Shown here piece after piece: positions 30,158 through 39,915 of a stretch of DNA of 64,000 nucleotides. Position 1 is the first letter of the stretch, and every line of letters starts with the position of its first letter. Under the pieces are notes generated by a model, which was given only the letters and a program-made list of their open reading frames with translations, had not been told where the DNA came from and did no database searches. Made by a program: the position numbers and the translations under genes. This DNA is from a virus (taxonomy: Duplodnaviria > Caudoviricetes), in the IMG/VR virus record IMGVR_UViG_3300045594_000116, positions 32,001-96,000 of that record; one strand, 5' to 3'.

Positions 30158-30739
30158 ATGTTTGAAAAAATTATTAGAGCTATGCTTAGAGATCCATTAG
30201 GGAGATTGATACTTAGCAGTAAGTCTGTACAGAAAGCTATAATTTGGGGTGTAAAATTCTATACAGATTTCATTGTAGAATTCCGTCTTCAAAGATCTAA
30301 ATGGTTAGGATCTGCAAGAGCATATGTTGCTGTAGATGTTTCATATGACAACTGCGACATAGCAGGTAAAAAAGTTCTCATTAGCAATACTGAGTTGCGT
30401 AGTAACAGATACTTGACTTGGGCAGATGCTAATGAGATAAATGATTCTAATAAGTTTCGCAACGTAAAATTTAGCCCGTTGCTTAATGAAGAGAAAGATA
30501 TAGCTACAACAGTAGTATTCTCAAAGGGTTATCCAAATGAATCCAAACTTATCAATGATAACCTAATATTAACCCCTATAGATCCAGAGAAGAAATTCAA
30601 TATCGATGTATTCGATGGCAATGACCCAGACTATGGGGATAGAATGGTTGATGCCATACTAGACTTGAAAGAACGTCTTGATGGACATTTCGGAGATGAT
30701 CTCCGTAAAGCTTTGGCAGTGTTAAAGCAGGTATCCTAA
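30158..30739 (+). CDS. Hypothetical protein
   Basis: 193-aa ORF with RBS. Confidence 0.75.
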   Translation: MFEKIIRAMLRDPLGRLILSSKSVQKAIIWGVKFYTDFIVEFRLQRSKWLGSARAYVAVDVSYDNCDIAGKKVLISNTELRSNRYLTWADANEINDSNKFRNVKFSPLLNEEKDIATTVVFSKGYPNESKLINDNLILTPIDPEKKFNIDVFDGNDPDYGDRMVDAILDLKERLDGHFGDDLRKALAVLKQVS

Positions 30740-30755
30740 GAAAGGGAGTTAGAAT

Positions 30756-31070
30756 ATGATAGATCTTAATAAACCTACGATTTACAAAAACATCCATGAA
30801 GGAATGATAGAGTTCCTTACAAAACTGCAAGGAGTAAATGACAAATTGATCTTTGTCGATCAGAGTCTGTATCCAGATCTGAACATTCTTGTTCAGTTCG
30901 AAGAGCCTCCTAAGAAGGTTTGTGATACGATAGTAATCAAGAACGCTGTTATCGAAATGGATAATGGTGTAGAGAACCTTGTAGACGTTATAAAGAAAAT
31001 GTTTACGGAGAAGTTTAAGGTAGAGAATCTTGATGAGAAACTCAAGTTCAATTACTTCTTTGAATCATAA
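30756..31070 (+). CDS. Hypothetical protein
   Basis: 104-aa ORF with RBS, followed by a palindrome terminator at 31082-31108. Confidence 0.75.
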   Translation: MIDLNKPTIYKNIHEGMIEFLTKLQGVNDKLIFVDQSLYPDLNILVQFEEPPKKVCDTIVIKNAVIEMDNGVENLVDVIKKMFTEKFKVENLDEKLKFNYFFES

Positions 31071-31122
31071 GACACAAAATATCCCTCTGCCCATTACGAG
31101 CAGAGGGGTATTTTTTTTTTGA

Positions 31123-31518
31123 TTACTGAGCGATTTCGCCCTCAGCAGCCTGAGAAGCTTCGGCTACCGGAGTAGCCGTCGTCTCTTCCGTTGCAGCAGC
31201 TTCCGCAACAGCCGGAGCAGCAGCCTCTACGGCAGCGGCCTCAGCCGGGGATGCTTCGAGCATCTTACCAAGAACCTTATCCAGAGCGTACATAGCGATC
31301 TGAACAAGACCCGGAAGGAAATACTTATCGCGGAAAGAGCACCAGCCCTTTTCATCAACAGCCTGTTTCTTTACTTCATCAACGAACGTGTCGACAACAG
31401 CTTTAAGATCCGTATCAACAAGATCCTTCAGGAACTTGACGACTTCGTTCTTAGCTTTCTCATCGAGAGCTGAAGTGATAGCATCAACAGCAGCCTTTTT
31501 GATTTCTTCAAAAGTCAT
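31123..31518 (-). CDS. Small late helical protein with an Ala/Glu-rich tail
   Basis: AAGGAGG RBS and GWCSFRDKYFLP motif, which recalls small proteins of Negativicutes phages (from memory, unverified). Confidence 0.7.
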   Translation of the reverse strand: MTFEEIKKAAVDAITSALDEKAKNEVVKFLKDLVDTDLKAVVDTFVDEVKKQAVDEKGWCSFRDKYFLPGLVQIAMYALDKVLGKMLEASPAEAAAVEAAAPAVAEAAATEETTATPVAEASQAAEGEIAQ

Positions 31519-31558
31519 GTTAAACACCTCCTTCAATAATATAATGTTAAGCCTCTAG

Positions 31559-31916
31559 ATTTCAGTTATATATAATATAAGTGAATAAAGAATACGTAGC
31601 ACAGAAAAACCCCTCTACCATAGCAGTGGTAGAGGGATATCTGCTGTCACGATTCTAGAAAGAGAGGTGACAATTGTGAAAGTTAGTGAAGTTAAGAACT
31701 TCGACGACGCCATCGTACTCGCCCTTAAAGAGTCTGGCATTCGTACTGATACTACATTCAACTCAGATGCTGAATGTATATCAAGCATGAATAAGGTCGT
31801 TGGCCGTGCCCATAAAATATGGGTAATGGCAGCTCCACTTATACATTGATTAGCATACGCTAATACAATGGAAAAAGAAAGTATCCGAAGTAACGCTTTC
31901 TTTTTTATCATTTTGT
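31559..31916 (+). repeat. Mini-gene cassette copy B
   Basis: 31559-31608 is identical (50 bp) to 39483-39532. AAAAGAAAGTATCCGAAGTAACGCTTTCTTTTTTA (31873-31907) is shared with copies A and C. Antisense late promoter at 31905-31916. Confidence 0.85.
31676..31849 (+). CDS. Small cassette-encoded protein B (57 aa)
   Basis: GAGGTG RBS and GTG start. TTFNSDAE and W...PLIH are shared with protein C. Confidence 0.7.
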   Translation: MKVSEVKNFDDAIVLALKESGIRTDTTFNSDAECISSMNKVVGRAHKIWVMAAPLIH

Positions 31917-31934
31917 TCATCTGTAATTATTTAC

Positions 31935-34900
31935 TTACATCTGATCAAGATTCTTCCACTTAATCCCAAGCATTTCTTTACACTTACGATCAAGTTCAAC
32001 CAGTGCCTTATTAATTGCTCCAGTGATGATAATAGAACTTACCATACGAGCATTAACTGCTGATGTAGTAAGAAGAGCATCTACTGGTTCATCTGGTCTG
32101 AACTCTGTTCTAGGCTCATCACCCTTAGGCATTATATCTTTGACGACACCCTTGATAGAGTTATTATAGATAAGCTTATCGCCTACACCCATTTTATCTT
32201 CGCACTTAAGATAGAACTCGATAAGAACGCTATCTTGTGCTTTCTTGAGTTTGCCGTTTGCTTCAAGTTTATAGTCAGGCTCTAAGAGATATTTAGCACC
32301 CTCAATTTTATTTTTTGCAAACATGGCTTTATCTTTCTTGATCTGTGCTTCATAAGCTTTACAAATCTTTCTAAGAGAAGGAGAAAGATCCTCTAACTCA
32401 CAAGTTCTGTAAATCTTGATATCCTGAACCCAACCAGAAAGTTTACTTCTAAGATGTATACGTCCGAGATCAGATACAGCTTCTACGTCATCATCGGTGA
32501 TAGAGCGAAGCAATGCGTTAGCATCTTCTTCTTCAAATGCATTCTGGAATACCATAAGAGGATCTCCCTCATTGATAGCAGAACCTTTCTGTACCAGATT
32601 ATATACATTAGCATCCTTAGACAGAATCTTTTCCTTCTTGACTACATACGTACTGCTCATAGCATCTGACAAGTATTCATCAATGATAGATGAATCCTCG
32701 TATCCTTCATCTGTCGGAAGGATAGCAAGCTTACACATAGCTCCAATGGCATATGCCATATTCTTCGTATTCTTTTCAAGACCTACTGGTTTCTTATAAC
32801 AAGTAGAATCATAAGCAAGAATATCATTGTTATGAAGAATCTGCCCCTTCTTAACTTTTGGATCGAGCTTAAGAGTTACATAGAATCCACCATCTGAATT
32901 CTTCATTGTCTGCTCAGAAAGATTGATGAACTTACGTTCTTTGGTATCGCTATCTTCATAGATAAGATATCTATCAGTAACGTCAAGAACCTTACCTTTC
33001 TTTCCTTTGAAAGTAGCACAGAACAAATCTGATGTCATGTATGGAATAGCTTCATCCATGCCGGTAGTTATAAGATTAGGCATAGCCTTCTTGATACGCA
33101 TTGGATGTTTCGTGGACTGAATAAATCCCATTGCTACACGAATAGGATCATCATGTACAGTACAACCAGGATTCAAAGCCTCATGGATGCTAAGTGCATT
33201 AAGTGTATTTACATCCTTAGGAGTTTTGATCATTCCACGTACACCCTCTACAGATGCATTTATCGTAGCCTGACGAGTAATACCAACATTAGCGGCAAAA
33301 CCAGTAGACGATGCAACCACACCGAACATACTAGGATTGTATATACGCTTATCAAGACTGTAAGATCTATCAGAGTTCATACCAGATAGGCCTTTGAATG
33401 AAAGCGTATTAGCTTCCTCTGCTTCAAGCTGAGGATTCAATACAGATAGATCAGAGCATGTGCTATCCATAAGTACAGCATCAATTACTGCTGACTGTTT
33501 GACAGACATAGTCGCATCCTTCTTATTTCTCTTAAGCATAATGCGATATTCTCCATATGCTTTAGAAATAACTTTATCGAAGTACGCAGCAATGATTTCA
33601 TTGGTGCGGATTCTATTGCCAGAGATATCTGTATGAAGATTATACTTCGTATCTCCCAATAATGCACTAGCATAACCAAGAGCCGTTACATAATCATCTG
33701 GAAGATTATACGTATTACAAATCTCTTTAGTGATAGGATCAAACATGCAGTCATAGAAGTTATCCAAACCATCTGCTTTAATTCTTCCTCCAAAGTTATC
33801 TAAGAAGTCCAACCACATATTTTTGTTGTTGATATCTTTGATAGAGTAATCTTCTGTGTTACAGGTATACAAGCCGCTCATAAGAAGTGAGTTAGCTGTA
33901 GTATCCGGATATACTATATAGCCATCAGAGAACTTGATATAAGATTCATTAGCCTTAGGTCTTGTTTCACGGAATTCCGACTCTACTCCGGCTTTAGCCA
34001 TAGCCTGCTGTAATCCTTCACTGTATGCCATGACAACAATAACAGGAATTCCAGTAGCAAGAATAGAAGCTTCAGAATATGAAAGTCGTTTATCCGCCTT
34101 TATACCATCAAAGCAATCTAATCCCATATGAGATATGATTATAGACATGATGTCTGCACCGAAGTTTCCTGCATTACTACAAACGACCTTGCCCTTATCA
34201 TTTACATAGTAAGGGGTCATAGTAGGATCATCCTTGTCTTTAGGATTCATATAAGGCAGGCTAGTAAGTTCATCCATATTGAAACAGAGATATGATCCAT
34301 CTTTGAATATAACTTTGTTATAGTTAGAAGCTATATCTCTCATCTCGATAGGAATATCGTATTTCGAACATACAATGCTATTATCGCCTTCGATGATCTT
34401 CATTTTGTTTCCATCATACTTCTTGAGATACTTATTAATCACAGACATGGATTTCGTGGTTTTAGTACCATTTGAAGGATTGACACGACGAACAAAGATC
34501 TTATTATATGAACTTGATACTATCTGACAAGTATCTTCATCTGTTTTGATGATAGGAAGCAGTAATAACTGCCCATTCAAAACTTTTAGGTTACCACGCA
34601 ATTTCATAAAGCGATCATTTATGAATTTAGGAATGTCGAGTTTCAACGTGAATCTCTTACCATTGATATCTTCACACTTGATAGTCCATGTCTCAATATA
34701 ATCTTCGGTAGTAGATGTATCTTCCTTAATTATATCTAAGATTACGATAGGATTGGTCTTATTGTTAAGAGCCGCGAGACTATTGACAATATCTGATTCT
34801 AAGTTATACGACTTTGAGAATGTAGAGAACTGTATGTCTTTCCATTCTTCATTTATAGATTCAATAGGAATATTGTCTTTTGGCAAAGCCTGATTTGTTC

Positions 34901-36566
34901 CATTTACTTTGATCAGATCTTCGATCTTAGAGTTGTTAATCTTCTTTCCAAGGAAAGAGTTATATGCTTTTTCCATGCGTTGAGATCTAGCTTTATTGAT
35001 AGCAGGACCATCTTCAGATTGTAAATCCACAATAAGATTTTTCATCCATGCAGAGTCTACATCATTATTCAGATTGGTCATTGCGTCATCTTCATTTCCT
35101 GATTTCTCAGCAGCTGTTTGTACCTTCTGAACTAAAAGGGCTTTATCTACGTCTTCTTTAGAGGTATTTGCTTTCTTAGCATATGTAGCAGAATTGAAAT
35201 CATTACTATTCTTTTCCTTTGCTATATCCTCTTTAGTAGAACCAGATCCTGCACCACCGCTAAGATTATCTATTACGATACCACTCTTTTCAATCTTATC
35301 TACGATCTTATGAGTGATAACTTTAGACGAGTCTTTAGCAACGAACTCAGCGTCCTGCACACTATTCAAGCAAAGCTTGTTGATAAGCATATTGAAGTTA
35401 GATAACTTAGCCATAGTGAAGTCATCGAACTTCATCTTGAAGTATACTCCATTAGAGAAGAATACGAATTCAATATCTTTCCATGCGGATTTGATTTCAT
35501 CGTCTCTCTTGGTACGGAAGATACGATAGATAAGAGAGATAGGATTGATAGACTTGGTATAATCCCATACTGCATCCTTACCATTATACCATGCATCTAC
35601 TGGAATGAAGACTGTTTTTCTCTTATAGAACTCATTAAGTCTTGTATCTTGCAAGAACTTATTCAGGAAGTTGAAATAAAGGTCTATACCTTTATCCAAT
35701 TTATATACGTTATTCTTGAAGAATGATTCAGTATAGTAAGCCCAGTCAACGAAGAGATTGCGACTCTTATACTTCTTATAGTTCAAGTAGGTATATTTGA
35801 TGAATGGGCATCCTTCTTTGATTCTATCATAAATGATAGAGCATTCTTTTTGGTTCTTGATACGCTCATTGTACAGAAGTCTTCTAAGAGTACCGCCAAA
35901 ACCAGATGCTTCAGTAACATAATTCTCTACGAAATCTGGGAAGAACTGTTTGAAGTTATGACCTGATTCTGTATAAATAAGAGCTTCTTCCGTGATACGC
36001 TCTTCATCATAGTTATCATAATCAAGAACCTGCTCTGATAATGGAGTTGATTCTTTCTTTACATCTTCATGTGCATACTTATAGACTTCAGTATTCTCAG
36101 CTACTTCGATATTGAATCTCTTAGCTGCGACCATAATCCTTTTAGCGAGCTTAGACTTCTTGCCTTCTTCACAATGGCCGAATAGCTTTATAGCAGACTT
36201 TACATGCTCTGCTGTATCTAATGGGTACTTCCGATCTTCCGGCAATCCAAATGCTGAATCTGGTAACGCATTACGTTCTTTAGCAGTCATTTCCATAATA
36301 CATGATTCAAGTATCGAACTTGAATCTGTTGGAACCATGACCTTGGATTCGTTTATGATAAAATTGATGTCCTTCTCAAGATAATAAGACGTAAACAGAT
36401 TCTTATTGATAGTGAGGGGATGATTCATCATAGCGATAGAACTCTTGACATCTGGGGTCAAGAGGAAAATAGCACTTGATCTTCTTTTATCTTCTACATT
36501 AATGGGCAAGTAGAATGGAGTCTTATTCAACTTCATCTCTCTTACATCATCGAGATATATTGCCAC
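31935..36566 (-). CDS. Virion RNA polymerase beta-like subunit with an N-terminal DUF6582-like extension
   Basis: Beta motifs HDDPIRVAMG, GYEDS, GDKL, KGVV and NARM. N-terminal ERNALPDSAFGLPEDRKYPL domain. Late promoter at 36593-36604. Confidence 0.88.
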   Translation of the reverse strand: MAIYLDDVREMKLNKTPFYLPINVEDKRRSSAIFLLTPDVKSSIAMMNHPLTINKNLFTSYYLEKDINFIINESKVMVPTDSSSILESCIMEMTAKERNALPDSAFGLPEDRKYPLDTAEHVKSAIKLFGHCEEGKKSKLAKRIMVAAKRFNIEVAENTEVYKYAHEDVKKESTPLSEQVLDYDNYDEERITEEALIYTESGHNFKQFFPDFVENYVTEASGFGGTLRRLLYNERIKNQKECSIIYDRIKEGCPFIKYTYLNYKKYKSRNLFVDWAYYTESFFKNNVYKLDKGIDLYFNFLNKFLQDTRLNEFYKRKTVFIPVDAWYNGKDAVWDYTKSINPISLIYRIFRTKRDDEIKSAWKDIEFVFFSNGVYFKMKFDDFTMAKLSNFNMLINKLCLNSVQDAEFVAKDSSKVITHKIVDKIEKSGIVIDNLSGGAGSGSTKEDIAKEKNSNDFNSATYAKKANTSKEDVDKALLVQKVQTAAEKSGNEDDAMTNLNNDVDSAWMKNLIVDLQSEDGPAINKARSQRMEKAYNSFLGKKINNSKIEDLIKVNGTNQALPKDNIPIESINEEWKDIQFSTFSKSYNLESDIVNSLAALNNKTNPIVILDIIKEDTSTTEDYIETWTIKCEDINGKRFTLKLDIPKFINDRFMKLRGNLKVLNGQLLLLPIIKTDEDTCQIVSSSYNKIFVRRVNPSNGTKTTKSMSVINKYLKKYDGNKMKIIEGDNSIVCSKYDIPIEMRDIASNYNKVIFKDGSYLCFNMDELTSLPYMNPKDKDDPTMTPYYVNDKGKVVCSNAGNFGADIMSIIISHMGLDCFDGIKADKRLSYSEASILATGIPVIVVMAYSEGLQQAMAKAGVESEFRETRPKANESYIKFSDGYIVYPDTTANSLLMSGLYTCNTEDYSIKDINNKNMWLDFLDNFGGRIKADGLDNFYDCMFDPITKEICNTYNLPDDYVTALGYASALLGDTKYNLHTDISGNRIRTNEIIAAYFDKVISKAYGEYRIMLKRNKKDATMSVKQSAVIDAVLMDSTCSDLSVLNPQLEAEEANTLSFKGLSGMNSDRSYSLDKRIYNPSMFGVVASSTGFAANVGITRQATINASVEGVRGMIKTPKDVNTLNALSIHEALNPGCTVHDDPIRVAMGFIQSTKHPMRIKKAMPNLITTGMDEAIPYMTSDLFCATFKGKKGKVLDVTDRYLIYEDSDTKERKFINLSEQTMKNSDGGFYVTLKLDPKVKKGQILHNNDILAYDSTCYKKPVGLEKNTKNMAYAIGAMCKLAILPTDEGYEDSSIIDEYLSDAMSSTYVVKKEKILSKDANVYNLVQKGSAINEGDPLMVFQNAFEEEDANALLRSITDDDVEAVSDLGRIHLRSKLSGWVQDIKIYRTCELEDLSPSLRKICKAYEAQIKKDKAMFAKNKIEGAKYLLEPDYKLEANGKLKKAQDSVLIEFYLKCEDKMGVGDKLIYNNSIKGVVKDIMPKGDEPRTEFRPDEPVDALLTTSAVNARMVSSIIITGAINKALVELDRKCKEMLGIKWKNLDQM

Positions 36567-36700
36567 TTAAACTCACGCACCTTTCTTATAAATTACTCTA
36601 GTGTTTTCCTAATACAATGATACGTAATGTGATTAGCTAAATTATATTCTAATTGCTTGACGACTTTACATTAATTTTTATATGATTATTTGGAGGTATT

Positions 36701-36925
36701 ATGATAGATAAAGAGATTAAAGACGAGTTAACTAGTAAGGTTGACTCTAATAGATTTAATGAGCATCTATTGCTTCAGATGAATATCAATAACGCCATAT
36801 ATGGCGCGTTATTAAAGCAGCAAGCATTGATTACTAGGCTGATGGTGGTAGTTATTATCTTTATGATCATCACCATCCCAGTGGTAGTTGCTACAATAGG
36901 AGGTTGGATTAATGAAGCTCGATAA
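36701..36925 (+). CDS. Small membrane protein
   Basis: GGAGG RBS and one TM helix (LMVVVIIFMIITIPVVVATIG). Confidence 0.75.
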   Translation: MIDKEIKDELTSKVDSNRFNEHLLLQMNINNAIYGALLKQQALITRLMVVVIIFMIITIPVVVATIGGWINEAR

Positions 36926-37400
36926 TGATACCTATAGAAATTCTCCACTTCTTGCTAAGCTGGTACGTAGTATCATAACAGCTACAGCAGATGGGGATAA
37001 TATGGAAAGTGTATTTGAGGAATTGACCTCGATATGCAAATATATTGCTACCAGTAAAGAGCCTGATCAAACTTATGCACCTTTGCATAGTAAATCTGAA
37101 ATATGCAGCTATTTAGCAAAGTCTAAATCCGAAGGACTATTTGTTGGACTGTGCAGAAGTAGAGGAACAGAAGGTATTCTGGTGCAGATGATTGAGCAAG
37201 ATGAGAATAAGCCAATATTTCATTACACCACTACTTATATTCCCGTATCTACTATTATGATAGATGCAATGAATTATAAGACGGTAAAAGTTAGAGCAGC
37301 TCTAAAGATGGTTTTTGACGATCTTAACAAGCTATTCTTTTATGGGAAAATAACAGGAAAGAACTGTGGGGGTTATATTCATGGCAATGAGCGTTATTGA
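36912..37400 (+). CDS. Hypothetical protein
   Basis: Coupled ORF with RBS. Confidence 0.72.
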   Translation: MKLDNDTYRNSPLLAKLVRSIITATADGDNMESVFEELTSICKYIATSKEPDQTYAPLHSKSEICSYLAKSKSEGLFVGLCRSRGTEGILVQMIEQDENKPIFHYTTTYIPVSTIMIDAMNYKTVKVRAALKMVFDDLNKLFFYGKITGKNCGGYIHGNERY

Positions 37401-37785
37401 TTTAAATAGCGGAATACAGGGTGTACTGGAGTATATGACAGATAATCGGGAAGAGTATGCCTACTCCGTTCTTACCACGATTTGCGAGGTACTTTGTGGC
37501 GGTAAAGAGATTACTCTAAATGATAAGGACGTAGATGACTTTATCAAATGTAGTGATAAAGGTATTCTCACTCCGGTAGATATAGCATTTCTCTATAACG
37601 ATGAATCTAATGAATTCCTGTTCGTATATATCAATGGCGATATAATGGTATATAATATGGGATTCACAATGAGTTCTATAGCAGCTGGAGATGTGTATGA
37701 TAAAGTAGATGCAATCATATCTTTGTGTAAATTCAAAGAGAGATTGCAGAATATGCTAATAAAGCATAAGAAGGCGCTGGAATGA
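37381..37785 (+). CDS. Hypothetical protein
   Basis: Coupled ORF; start uncertain. Confidence 0.7.
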   Translation: MAMSVIDLNSGIQGVLEYMTDNREEYAYSVLTTICEVLCGGKEITLNDKDVDDFIKCSDKGILTPVDIAFLYNDESNEFLFVYINGDIMVYNMGFTMSSIAAGDVYDKVDAIISLCKFKERLQNMLIKHKKALE

Positions 37786-37907
37786 CGGATTATTTGTGCG
37801 TTGAATGCACATTTGATCTTTTGAATAAAGCTAGAATAGAGATAGGATATGGTGAGAATGGAAGCAAATGCTTCTTATTAGATCAAAGCATGTTTAGATC
37901 TACGTAA
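37782..37907 (+). CDS. Possible small protein (41 aa)
   Basis: ATGA overlap with the previous stop codon. Confidence 0.4.
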   Translation: MTDYLCVECTFDLLNKARIEIGYGENGSKCFLLDQSMFRST

Positions 37908-37951
37908 ATGTATATGAGTTATATATTATAGATATGAAAGGAGGAATATGA

Positions 37952-38104
37952 TTGGATAAAGTAAAAGCTAAATCCGAATTCTTAGAGAAGATTAGTAAGC
38001 TCGATCGTGGAGCTATTAATGATATCCTTCATAAGAATTCCAAACCAGTAAAGAAGCTGATTGTACTCAGCTTGATAAAGAATGTAGGACCACAAGAAGA
38101 ATAG
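37952..38104 (+). CDS. Small early protein (50 aa, MDKVKAKSEF...), not in the ORF track
   Basis: Early promoter at 37920-37930, AAAGGAGG RBS and TTG start. Confidence 0.65.
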   Translation: MDKVKAKSEFLEKISKLDRGAINDILHKNSKPVKKLIVLSLIKNVGPQEE

Positions 38105-38279
38105 AAAGGATGATATACTAGCATACTTGGTATCATTTTATCAAGGCCGATTACTGCTGATAAACTTATCTAATTAACGCAAATAAGTTGAATTAGATAA
38201 GTAATTATTTAATACAGCCATAACTAAATAGTAAATCCATAGCGAATATATGGAGTAGAAATGAAAGGTGGAATACCAA

Positions 38280-38819
38280 ATGGAAGAAACAGTAAAGAAA
38301 TTGGTTGCCGACATCAAGAGCAATATTACTCAGACTACAGGCAGCCGCAAAGACGAAATTCAGGTTGCACGGGCAATGCTGAATGACACGACGTACAAGG
38401 TTGGTGTCTATAACAAGAGTGGCAAAATCGGAACGGTTTGCCCATCGGAGATCGCTCGTGAGATGAGTGCTATCACTATCTCTCAGGCTGCTCGCATTCC
38501 GAAACCGGAAGCTCAGAATCTGATGTCTACGTATGAGTACGGCAAAGCAGAGGCCGAGGCATTCGTTGATCTGTCGAAGGAATTCGTTCAGACTTATATC
38601 CATACTGGCCGCAAACTTCCGCTCGGCGGCCGTGAGATGAGCGATGTATCTCTCTCGTTGAAGCATGTCGAGGGTGGTAATCGTCGTTATCCGATGCCGA
38701 GTGGTATTGGAGATAATGGCAAGCGTACGGCCACTTCCGGAGAAGTCTATGTTCCGGAATACGAGACCATCAAAGCTGTTGGTCCGTGCCCTGCTTGGAG
38801 AAAGCACAACAAAAAATAA
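38280..38819 (+). CDS. Hypothetical protein, possibly abundant or nucleic-acid binding
   Basis: The RBS favours the ATG at 38280. Basic C-terminus; terminator at 38843-38870. Confidence 0.75.
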   Translation: MEETVKKLVADIKSNITQTTGSRKDEIQVARAMLNDTTYKVGVYNKSGKIGTVCPSEIAREMSAITISQAARIPKPEAQNLMSTYEYGKAEAEAFVDLSKEFVQTYIHTGRKLPLGGREMSDVSLSLKHVEGGNRRYPMPSGIGDNGKRTATSGEVYVPEYETIKAVGPCPAWRKHNKK

Positions 38820-38978
38820 TTTGTCATATTGGCAGCATAAGACCCCTCTACTCAATGCGAGTAGAGGGATCTTTTTTTTTTGTTATTCTAGATCATAATA
38901 ATCATATATTATATCTGTGATAGTTAGTACGTAATAGCAATTCCGCTATTACAATTAAAAAATTAGGAGGAACTAATT

Positions 38979-39422
38979 ATGAAAAACGTAAAAGTAAGTA
39001 TTGAGATTTCCGATGCTCAGCAGCCTATCATACATGCAAGTTCATCTTGCTTCGAGTTGAATACGAAGTGGAACTTTATTAAAAGCTTCACTAAAAATGA
39101 ACTTGAGGTATTTGCCTCACGCCATATCAGCCCTTGTGCAATTCCTGCGCTTGGCGTTAGGAGCGCTGATGCATCTCTCAACTATAAGGAGTTCTATCTT
39201 GAACTCATTCCGAAGTTGCAGAAGATCGGGATGAGCGCATACGATGATGCTCCAGAGAAGGACGATAAGAAGGATCGAATCAAGAAAGAAGCTGAAAACA
39301 TCTCAGATCATATCGAAGAGTTCAAGGGTATCTCTATTCCGAAAAGAAGAGTCAACCTCGGCGATCGTGAGCAGGCTATTGCCTTTGCTCTGATGCTTGC
39401 ATCAGAGTTCGGCAAAGAGTAA
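38979..39422 (+). CDS. Early hypothetical protein
   Basis: Early promoter at 38904-38913, AGGAGG RBS and terminator near 39433-39470. Confidence 0.75.
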   Translation: MKNVKVSIEISDAQQPIIHASSSCFELNTKWNFIKSFTKNELEVFASRHISPCAIPALGVRSADASLNYKEFYLELIPKLQKIGMSAYDDAPEKDDKKDRIKKEAENISDHIEEFKGISIPKRRVNLGDREQAIAFALMLASEFGKE

Positions 39423-39482
39423 TCTAACAGAAGGGGACTAGCTTAGATGCTAGTCCTTTCTTTTTTTTTGTCATTATCTCAT

Positions 39483-39844
39483 ATTTCAGTTATATATAAT
39501 ATAAGTGAATAAAGAATACGTAGCACAGAAAATCCCTCTACCACCGCCATGGTAGAGGGGATATCTGCTGTCACTATTCTAGGAAAGAGAGGTGACAATT
39601 GTGAACAAACCAGAATTTTGTTCTGACTTCCTTGTTGAGGAAGCCAAGGATAAAACGTTTGCTTCTCAAGAAGAAGCGATGGACCACTTGTTTAACGCGC
39701 TTACCATAGCCAACAACAAGTGGGCTCATGAAGAAACTCCACTAGTACATACGGCATAAGCCTTATCTCTAATAAGAGTTGGAAAAGAAAGTATCCGAAG
39801 TAACGCTTTCTTTTTTACTCTTATGTATCTCTTATTTATTTTTT
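39483..39844 (+). repeat. Mini-gene cassette copy C (5' end matches B, 3' end matches A)
   Basis: 50-bp identity with B and 63-bp identity with A (inverted). Antisense late promoter at 39815-39826. Confidence 0.85.
39601..39759 (+). CDS. Small cassette-encoded protein C (52 aa, MNKPEFCSDFLVEEAKDKTFASQEEA...PLVHTA), not in the ORF track
   Basis: Same RBS/GTG context as cassette B; KTFASQEEA motif. Confidence 0.72.
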   Translation: MNKPEFCSDFLVEEAKDKTFASQEEAMDHLFNALTIANNKWAHEETPLVHTA

Positions 39845-39881
39845 CTAATTGTACTATTTTAGGCAGGTTCAGATCCTCTCG

Positions 39882-39893
39882 ACATAGAATTAA
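39882..39893 (+). promoter_or_regulatory. Late-type promoter ACA-TAGAAT-TAA
   Basis: Consensus match just upstream of the RBS of the giant tail gene. Confidence 0.6.
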
Positions 39894-39915
39894 TAATCCG
39901 AAAGGAGGATAAATA

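Noticed and set aside
31615-31920. 101-aa antisense ORF with a signal-peptide-like start (KKKALLRILSF) through cassette B
   Set aside because: The equivalent frame closes quickly and lacks a start codon in cassettes A and C, so the conservation is not protein-level.
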